Below, piece by piece: positions 57,331 through 64,000 of a stretch of DNA of 64,000 bases. The stretch is from assembly GCA_049510745.1 (NCBI GenBank), contig JBEKYR010000005.1:126899-190898 (forward strand). The letters are read 5' to 3'. The position numbers were made by a program, and so were the translations under genes. The notes under the pieces were generated by a model that saw nothing but the letters and a program-made list of their open reading frames with translations, was not told the origin of the DNA and did no database searches. This stretch comes from Verrucomicrobiota bacterium (lineage in GTDB: Bacteria > Verrucomicrobiota > Verrucomicrobiia > Limisphaerales > Palsa-1400). Each line of letters begins with the position of its first letter. Position 1 is the stretch's first letter.

Positions 57331-58080
57331 TTAATTCATTTCCGGAATGTCCGCGCGCTCGCCCAAGAGTTGCCAGCGTCCGTGATTGAGCAGCGCGAAA
57401 TGACGGCGCGCGCCGCTCCACAGGGAGAAATCGCTGGTCGCGGCGATGAGGGTTATTTTGCGTTCCCGGGTCCAAGGAGCGCCCCGGGACAATTGGTCCA
57501 GGAAGTTGCGCCACCACAAGCGATGGGCCGCTTCCAAACCGGCCATCGGCTCGTCCAGGAACAAAACCTCCGGCTCAAGGGCCAGAGCGCGGGCCAGACC
57601 GACGCGTTGTTGCCAGCCCGTGGTCAAGGTTTGCGCGGCGCTGGCGGCCAGGGGAGTCAAGCCGGTGATTTCGAGCAGGGCTTGGACCGGCTCGGCCGCT
57701 TCTTCGCCGGTCCAATCGTGATGGTAGCGCAAGGGGAGGGCGACATTCTCGGCGACGGTCAATTGGGGGAACATGCGGCCGCCGCCCTTGAAGACGAAGC
57801 CGACGCGGGTGCGTTGCGCGATGGATTCCGCCTCCGGGAAGCAGGAAAGGTCCCGGCCAAAATGGCGGATCACCCCGGCGGCGGGCGGAAGCAACCCGGC
57901 CATGGTGGCGAGAAAAGCGCTCTTGCCGCAGCCGTGCGGTCCTCCGACCACCCAATACTCGCCGGCGGCAACCTGCCAGTTGATGTCCGCAATGAGAACG
58001 CCCTGCGAGGGCGTCCGTTGGACGCTGGCGCCGATGGCTTCGAGCAAAGGCCCTTGGGATTGAGAAGTTTGTTCCGCCAT
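57331..58080 (-). CDS. mlaF: MlaF-like ABC ATPase with degenerate signature and H-loop
   Basis: GPHGCGKS, LTVAENVALPL, LTTGWQQRVGLARAL, LFLDEP. Confidence 0.8.
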   Translation of the reverse strand: MAEQTSQSQGPLLEAIGASVQRTPSQGVLIADINWQVAAGEYWVVGGPHGCGKSAFLATMAGLLPPAAGVIRHFGRDLSCFPEAESIAQRTRVGFVFKGGGRMFPQLTVAENVALPLRYHHDWTGEEAAEPVQALLEITGLTPLAASAAQTLTTGWQQRVGLARALALEPEVLFLDEPMAGLEAAHRLWWRNFLDQLSRGAPWTRERKITLIAATSDFSLWSGARRHFALLNHGRWQLLGERADIPEMN

Positions 58081-58087
58081 GAGATGA

Positions 58088-58936
58088 TTAGATGACCAGA
58101 TACACCAGGATGAAGACGGCGTCGAGCAGGACCATGCCGACGACGCATTTGGTGATGGCATTGGTGGTGGCGCGGCTGACGTCGTCCAGGCGCAAGGGCG
58201 CGGCCAAGCCTTCGTAGCAAGTCACGATGGCAATCAACAGGCCGAAACAAAGGGTCTTCAAGGCCAGCAAAACGAAGTCCTGCCAGAGCAAAGCGGCGGC
58301 CAATTGCGAGAAGTATTGACCGGGCAGCAGCGGCACTTGTTCGATAAAGGCAAACAGATAGCCGCTGAGCAGCGCGAAAAGGATCAAATAGACGGTGAGC
58401 GAGAAGACGGCCAGAGCCAGACCGATGACCCGCGGCACGACCAGATAATGAATCGGATCGATGCCGAGGGCTTCAAGGGCTTCGACCTCGCCGAGAGCCC
58501 GGGCGGTGCCGAGTTCGACGACATTGGCGGCGCCGACGCGGGCCATGACGAGCAACGCGGCCAGGATGGGTCCCAACTCGCGCACCACCACGGTAACCAT
58601 GACCGTGCCGGCGTATTTCTCGGCGCCGTAACGGTTGAGGAGAAACACCGTCTGCCCAATGACCACCAACCCCAAGGCGCCGGCCAGAAACGCCATCATC
58701 GGCAGGAGAGAGAGGCCCGCCCGGACGATTTGGGCGCGGATCGCGGGGCGGACGACGGTCCTGGCGGTGTTGAATTTTGCCAGCGCGACGCTCAGAGTGA
58801 TGAGCAGAAACGCCCCCATTCCGCGAATGTCGTCGGTCAAGCCTATTATTTCGCGCCCCGCGCGTTGCATCGAGGCCCGGGGCAACGGCGCCGGAGGGCC
58901 GTCCGAAATCTCCGCTGTGGAGAAACTGTCCGCCAT
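58088..58936 (-). CDS. mlaE: MlaE family ABC permease
   Basis: VRELGPILAALLVMARVG, EVEALEALGIDPIHYLVVPR; TTTACT-17-TACTAT-7-ATG supports the start at 58936. Confidence 0.9.
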   Translation of the reverse strand: MADSFSTAEISDGPPAPLPRASMQRAGREIIGLTDDIRGMGAFLLITLSVALAKFNTARTVVRPAIRAQIVRAGLSLLPMMAFLAGALGLVVIGQTVFLLNRYGAEKYAGTVMVTVVVRELGPILAALLVMARVGAANVVELGTARALGEVEALEALGIDPIHYLVVPRVIGLALAVFSLTVYLILFALLSGYLFAFIEQVPLLPGQYFSQLAAALLWQDFVLLALKTLCFGLLIAIVTCYEGLAAPLRLDDVSRATTNAITKCVVGMVLLDAVFILVYLVI

Positions 58937-59082
58937 GACGGCCATAGTAGAGCATCCCGCGGGCGGAGTAAAGAAACAGGCAGGAGGGGGCGGGATGGGC
59001 AAAAGCGGCGCCTTTGGTTTTTCGTCAGGATTATGAGCAGGAACGGCTCTCCAAAAAAGACGCGCCCTGATACCGGAAGGGA

Positions 59083-59913
59083 TCAATACGAGGTCGTCAC
59101 CTGTTTTAATTTGATCCAGTCGGGATTTCCGCGGGGGATTGCCAAGCCGTATCCCGTGACAAAAGCCTGGTTCTGGCTCTCGGCCACCTGGGTGACGGCG
59201 GTGCGCAAGTGGTAAACCTCAGCGTGGCCGTCGGCGAAGTCCAAACCGTAGGCGCCTTGATGGCGGGTGGCGGGGAATCTCTCGAAGGGCATGGTGTCAG
59301 TCATGGTGACGATGAACCAGCCGTCCTCCAGGGTGAGGGGATGTTCGTCGATGAAAACCCAGATGGAAGCGGGGGCGGAGGCGGCGAGGTCGCTTTCCTT
59401 GATGAAAGTCCTGTAATCTTTTTCCTGCTCGACGGTCTCCATTTCGGTGCTGCCGATCCAGGAATTCATGGAATAACTCCGGATTCGCGGAAAGTTGCCG
59501 GCCTCAATAAGGTCGGCCGGGCAATGATAGGTCTTGGGCTGGGAAACATAGGGGAAGAGCTCCCCCCTGGTGATGGTGGACAGGTTGGTGGCATCCTCCA
59601 GAAGCTTCATATTCCCAAAAACCCAGGCGTTGGTGCCGAGCACGTAGTTGGCGCCGCTGATCAAACTGACATTCTGGACGAGTTTGCCGCCGTTATCCGC
59701 CGCGTACATCTGAAAGGCCGCTTCCAATTGTTTGAGGTTTTGCAGGCAGGAGATTTGCTTGCTCCTGGCCTTGGCGCCGGACAAGACGGGCAAGAGCAGG
59801 GCCGCCAGCAAGGAAATGATCGCGATGACCACCAACAACTCGATCAACGTCATGGCGCGTTGAGAGCAGCCGGCGGCTTCGCGTCCGCGATGTCGAACCG
59901 TCTTCACGGGCAC
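59083..59913 (-). CDS. Prepilin-type N-terminal cleavage/methylation protein with H-X9-DG motif
   Basis: RA|MTLIELLVVIAII, CLQNLKQL, YHCPAD, RSYSMN, RHQGAYGLDFADGH. Confidence 0.88.
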   Translation of the reverse strand: MPVKTVRHRGREAAGCSQRAMTLIELLVVIAIISLLAALLLPVLSGAKARSKQISCLQNLKQLEAAFQMYAADNGGKLVQNVSLISGANYVLGTNAWVFGNMKLLEDATNLSTITRGELFPYVSQPKTYHCPADLIEAGNFPRIRSYSMNSWIGSTEMETVEQEKDYRTFIKESDLAASAPASIWVFIDEHPLTLEDGWFIVTMTDTMPFERFPATRHQGAYGLDFADGHAEVYHLRTAVTQVAESQNQAFVTGYGLAIPRGNPDWIKLKQVTTSY

Positions 59914-60046
59914 TTCATTCCAGTTTAGAAGTTAATAGTTCTCCCCTTTAATACCCCGGCGCGGGAGGGTGCGGAAGTGTGCGTTTGGACGCACACCCGC
60001 GCTTTTTATTGCACTGCCTGGGGAGTAAAGGATAATAACTTGCGTC

Positions 60047-62977
60047 ATGTGCCGCGCCACGCTGACAGGATGCGTTCTGGTTCCGGCCCTGTTTCTTGCC
60101 TCGGCGGGCAGGGGCTGCGCCGAGCAGGCCGCACCCTGGCGGGTTTATACGGCGGCGACGGGTTTCCCCGAATCGTCCTTCCGTTCCGTAACCATTGCGG
60201 AGAACGGCGCCATTCTGGCGGTCAATTCTTTCTCCTCGGCGGTTTGCCAGTTCGATGGGTATGAAGCGAAATCCATTCCGCTGCCGGATGCCGCCGCCGG
60301 CCGGGTCTATCAAAGCCCGGCGGGCCAGCTTTGGACACTCTCGCCCAAAGGTCTCTGGGCCATGAAAGAGGGGGCCTGGCGGCTCTATCCGGTGCCGGAA
60401 CTGGTGGCCGCCTGCCGCAGCGCGCCCGGGCGGGAAATTCCACTCTGTCCCATCCGCCAAAACGTTGTCCTTTGCCTGCTGCCGGACCGGTTGGTCGAGG
60501 TCAACGCCGAAGCTCCCGGCGACGCGCGGCTGCAGACACTGCGTGAAGCCAGCCGGACGGGAATCGGAGAATTCTCGGCGATGACCGTTGGGGCGGGCGA
60601 TGAACTGTGGGTGGTTGGGGAGACGGGTCTGGCCCAGGTGTCCGGCCCGCAGCGCAGCCTGAGCGCCGCCAGTGAATGGCGCGAATTCATCCCGCCGCCC
60701 TCGCTGCGGATTCACCACCTGCAACGGCCGGAGCCGGATGAGAACGGCCTCACTTTGGTGGCGGATGCCGCGGAGGAAGGAGAGAAAACACAGGTCCGGT
60801 TTGACGGAGCGAATTGGCAGGCGCGCGCCTTGGGCGCGACGAATATCCAATTCGCCTGGCGCGGCCCGGACAACACCACCTGGGCCGCCGCTTCCAACGC
60901 CTTGTACCAGTGGCGCGGCGGGGAACTGGCCGTGGTGGCGGAACTGTCCCCCCGGATGTATCTGGATGTGGAAGTCGATTGGCGCGGAACATTCTGGCTG
61001 GCGACCTCCGACGGACTGGTCCGATTCACCCCGTCGCTCTGGCGGGGGCCGGAGCCGGGCGCAACGGTCAATGCGACCGTGCGACGCCTGGCCGAAGGCG
61101 GGCGGCTGACGGACGTGGCGGGGCAAATCCTTAGTTTTGACAGCGATCCCGCGCCGGCCGCCGTGCTTGTGACCGCGCAGGGCCGGGTGCGCTCCAGGCC
61201 CCTGGGATTGTTGAGAGATGGGCGCGTGTGTTTCGAGAACATCCCGCTCGACGGCGCGCGCCCCGGCCGGCGGCTTGAGACTGGCGATGGAACCAATTTT
61301 CAGCCTCTTCCCTTCTCGCCGCCGGACACCGGGAAGGAGGGGGAAGTTTCCTGCCTGCTGGAGACGCAGACGGGCGACATCTGGCTGGGGGGAACTTTTG
61401 GCACCGCCTGGCTGCATGACCGGTGGACGGTCTTTTCCGCTTCCGACAGCACCGCGCCGCAAGGGGTTTGCCATCTGGTGGAGTTGCCCAATGGCCGGAT
61501 TTGGAGCGCGTCGCGGGAAAAAATCTGGGGCTTTGACGGCAAGAACTGGGCCCTCGTTCGCAGCGGCTTGAATCACATCAACGCGATGATCCCGGCCCGC
61601 GACGGCAGCGTGTGGGTGGGCGCCGAGAGCGGCGTGGCGCGGTTCTTTCGAGGCAATTGGATCGAGAACGGCGCCGACGAAGGACTGGCCGGTGGCGGAA
61701 TCCGCGCGCTGTGCGAGGATCAGCGCGGTGGAATTTGGGCGGTGGGCGCCATGGGTTTGGAACGGTTTCACCCGGAAGCGGATTCCGACCCGCCGCGAAC
61801 GCTCCTTCACCCGATGAGTGACAAAGAAAAAAACATTCCGGAAGACGGCGTGATCGTTGTGAGCTTCGGCGGGGCGGACAAATGGCACATCACCGCGCCA
61901 GGCCGTTTGCTTTATTCCCATCGGCTCGACGAAGGGGAGTGGTCGCCGTTCGCGGACGCCGCCAGCGTGACGTTCAGCGATCTGGCGCCGGGCAAACATT
62001 ACTTTCAAGCGCGGGCCATGGACCGCGCCGGCAATGTGGACCCGGACCCGGCCCATCTGGAGTTCGCCGTGGTGCTGCCATGGTTTAAGGAGAGCCGGCT
62101 GGTTTTGATTGCCTCGGCCGGAACGGCGGCGGCGCTGTTTTTCGCCGGGCTGGCCTATAAACGCCACCGCCAACTGGTGCTCAGCTATGCCGAGGTCGAG
62201 AAACAGGTGGCCGAACGGACGCGGGAACTCGGGCTGGCCAGCCAGGAACTGGTGCAAAGCCAGAAAATGCGCGCCCTCGGCACCCTGGCCGCCGGCATTG
62301 CGCACGACTTCAACAACATCCTCTCCATTATCAAAGGCTCCACCCAGATCATCGAAGACAACCTGGGCAACCCGGAAAAAATCCGCACCCGCGCCGATCG
62401 CATCAAGACGGTCGTCGATCAAGGTTCGGCCGTGGTGCAGGCCCTGCTGGGCTTCAGCCGCGGATCGGACGAGGTCATGGAATGCTGCGAGATAAATCCA
62501 GTGGTCGATAACACCCTCAAATTGCTTGGCGACCGGTTTTTGCGGGAGGTGGAAATGCGTTTCGAGCGGGGTGCCGATCTGCCGGGCGTGCGGGCTTCGC
62601 AAAGCCTGGTCCAGCAAATTCTGCTCAACTTCATTTTCAACGCGGCGGAATCCATGACCGGTCGCAAGCGCATCGTCATTACGACCGCGCGGCCCGGCCC
62701 GTTGCCCGCCGGGATGGCGCTGCCCCCCGGCGCGGCGGGGGCCTATGTGTCGGTCTCGGTGCGGGATTTCGGCTGCGGGATACCGCCTGAGAATATCGGG
62801 CGCGTTTTCGAGCCGTTTTTTACGACCAAATCCTTCTCGACCCGGCGCGGCACCGGGTTGGGCCTTTCCATTGTTTATGAATTGGCCAAGAAGATGGGGG
62901 CGGGATTGGCGGTGGAATCGACGGTGGGCCAGGGCACCGTTTTCAGCCTGGTCCTGCCGGCCGAGAAGGCGGGATGA
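60047..62977 (+). CDS. Sensor histidine kinase with periplasmic beta-propeller and Y_Y_Y domains
   Basis: Signal peptide; D..G..W repeats; YSHRLDEGEWS...LAPGKHYFQARAMD; TM; AGIAHDFNN; DFGCG, FEPFFTTK, GTGLGL. Confidence 0.93.
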   Translation: MCRATLTGCVLVPALFLASAGRGCAEQAAPWRVYTAATGFPESSFRSVTIAENGAILAVNSFSSAVCQFDGYEAKSIPLPDAAAGRVYQSPAGQLWTLSPKGLWAMKEGAWRLYPVPELVAACRSAPGREIPLCPIRQNVVLCLLPDRLVEVNAEAPGDARLQTLREASRTGIGEFSAMTVGAGDELWVVGETGLAQVSGPQRSLSAASEWREFIPPPSLRIHHLQRPEPDENGLTLVADAAEEGEKTQVRFDGANWQARALGATNIQFAWRGPDNTTWAAASNALYQWRGGELAVVAELSPRMYLDVEVDWRGTFWLATSDGLVRFTPSLWRGPEPGATVNATVRRLAEGGRLTDVAGQILSFDSDPAPAAVLVTAQGRVRSRPLGLLRDGRVCFENIPLDGARPGRRLETGDGTNFQPLPFSPPDTGKEGEVSCLLETQTGDIWLGGTFGTAWLHDRWTVFSASDSTAPQGVCHLVELPNGRIWSASREKIWGFDGKNWALVRSGLNHINAMIPARDGSVWVGAESGVARFFRGNWIENGADEGLAGGGIRALCEDQRGGIWAVGAMGLERFHPEADSDPPRTLLHPMSDKEKNIPEDGVIVVSFGGADKWHITAPGRLLYSHRLDEGEWSPFADAASVTFSDLAPGKHYFQARAMDRAGNVDPDPAHLEFAVVLPWFKESRLVLIASAGTAAALFFAGLAYKRHRQLVLSYAEVEKQVAERTRELGLASQELVQSQKMRALGTLAAGIAHDFNNILSIIKGSTQIIEDNLGNPEKIRTRADRIKTVVDQGSAVVQALLGFSRGSDEVMECCEINPVVDNTLKLLGDRFLREVEMRFERGADLPGVRASQSLVQQILLNFIFNAAESMTGRKRIVITTARPGPLPAGMALPPGAAGAYVSVSVRDFGCGIPPENIGRVFEPFFTTKSFSTRRGTGLGLSIVYELAKKMGAGLAVESTVGQGTVFSLVLPAEKAG

Positions 62978-62996
62978 ACCGGTCAGAGGTGGCGTC

Positions 62997-63650
62997 ATGA
63001 AAGAGTTTATTATTCTGATTGTCGAAGACGACGATCTGCAATTCGAGATTTACGAGGAAGCCCTCGCCCAATACAAGCTGGCCCGCGTCAAGAACGGCAC
63101 GGAAGCGCTCGGCCAAATCCAGCGCCAGCCGCCGGACCTGCTGATTCTGGACCATGTGTTGTCGGAGGGCGAATTGGGATTGGATTTTCTGCCGGAATTC
63201 AAGGAGGTGCTTCCGTTTGTCCCGATCATCATCGTCTCCGGCGCGCTGGAAGTTCACCAGCAAATGCAGGCCCTGCAAGGGCCGCGCCGCGCCCATTATT
63301 GCCTGCCCAAGCCGGTGGACATTCACGAATTGAAACGCACCGTCGAAGTCGCCCTGGCCGAATGCGGCCAGCGCGAGGCCGTGCGCCAATTCGAAGCGCT
63401 CGAACGCTCCAAACGAGTCGATGCGCTTGAACTGTTGAGCCGCTCGACCGACCGCCTCAGCCGCCAGAACCGCATCCGCGAACAGATCGGCGCCTCGCGC
63501 TCGCGGCCCAACATTTCGATGCTCGCCCGCCAATTCGGCGTCGCCCGCCGCACCATTATCCGCGACCTTCAGGAATTGATCCGCCGCGGCCAACTCAGCA
63601 CCGAGGTCTATCCGGAATGGGAAAACCCTTCGGCGGAAGAGGAGCCTTGA
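62997..63650 (+). CDS. Response regulator (REC + DeoR/HTH_11-like HTH)
   Basis: VEDDD, LLILD, VSG, KP; NISMLARQFGVARRTIIRDL. Confidence 0.87.
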   Translation: MKEFIILIVEDDDLQFEIYEEALAQYKLARVKNGTEALGQIQRQPPDLLILDHVLSEGELGLDFLPEFKEVLPFVPIIIVSGALEVHQQMQALQGPRRAHYCLPKPVDIHELKRTVEVALAECGQREAVRQFEALERSKRVDALELLSRSTDRLSRQNRIREQIGASRSRPNISMLARQFGVARRTIIRDLQELIRRGQLSTEVYPEWENPSAEEEP

Positions 63651-63661
63651 ATGGCTTTGAG

Positions 63662-63694
63662 ATGAAAGCGGCGTGGATTACACGTCCACGCCGC
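63662..63694 (-). terminator. Intrinsic terminator hairpin between the convergent response regulator and glnA
   Basis: 10-bp stem GCGGCGTGGA/TCCACGCCGC (63668-63694), followed by TTTCAT on the minus strand. Confidence 0.65.
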
Positions 63695-63724
63695 AATCCC
63701 TAGCTTGTCTTCCCAAAGCCCGCT

Positions 63725-64000
63725 CTATACGTCGTAATAGAGGTGGAATTCGTAGGGATGAGGACGCAAACGCAGGGCGTCAACCTCCTTGCGCTTGTGG
63801 CTGACCCACATCTCCAGGAAATCCTGCGTGAACACGCTCCCTTTCAACAGGAACGCGTGGTCCTTCTCCAGGTAATCCAGCGCCTCTCCCAAACTGGAGG
63901 GCACCTGCGGCACCTTGGCCAGTTCTTCCGGCGGCAGTTCATACATGTTTTTGTCCATCGGCTCGCCCGGATCTATCTTGTTGAGCACCCCGTCCAGTCC
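63725..64000 (-). CDS. glnA: Type I glutamine synthetase, C-terminal part (5' end outside the window)
   Basis: [19 protein letters not shown]...[13 protein letters not shown]. Confidence 0.95.
   Translation of the reverse strand, partial: GLDGVLNKIDPGEPMDKNMYELPPEELAKVPQVPSSLGEALDYLEKDHAFLLKGSVFTQDFLEMWVSHKRKEVDALRLRPHPYEFHLYYDV

Noticed and set aside
59948..62998. 1016-aa minus-strand ORF, and similar long ORFs opposite gcvP, the M13 peptidase, serA, lon, the helicase, lysS, GH27 and S41
   Set aside because: Antisense shadows expected in high-GC coding DNA; they have no motifs and fully overlap well-supported genes.
1..64000. tRNA, rRNA or known riboswitches (e.g. a glycine riboswitch before gcvP)
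   Set aside because: None recognised by eye, and gcvP appears to have a promoter directly abutting its start codon. A covariance-model scan would be needed to exclude them firmly.

Overview
High-GC bacterial chromosomal segment. The gene repertoire (H-X9-DG prepilin-like protein, Thr/Asn-rich secreted protein with an FYRL tail, UBact) suggests Verrucomicrobiota, Pedosphaerales-like; this assignment is an inference. The left edge carries a ubiquitin-like-tag/proteasome operon: UBact (56 aa, missing from the ORF track), prcB, and prcA (cut by the edge, also missing from the track). The housekeeping backbone includes gcvP, an M13 peptidase, hslR, serA, lon-Hsp20, hom-thrC, a UvrD/PcrA helicase, lysS, mlaEFD and the end of glnA. 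Accessory material sits between these genes: three toxin-antitoxin loci with intact antitoxins but deleted or truncated toxins; two inverted copies of a ~320-350 bp MITE-like element; an internally deleted REP-associated tyrosine transposase (RAYT); a stuttered RAYT-end-like repeat; two orphan membrane genes next to the RAYT-related sequences; a single-chain restriction-modification enzyme; a GNAT-aminotransferase fusion; and an AT-richer island of three tandem GYF_2-domain membrane proteins. Many genes show a -35/17 nt/-10/6-7 nt/ATG layout that suggests leaderless mRNAs. I saw no rRNA, tRNA or CRISPR array. All family calls come from motif recognition by eye, not database searches.
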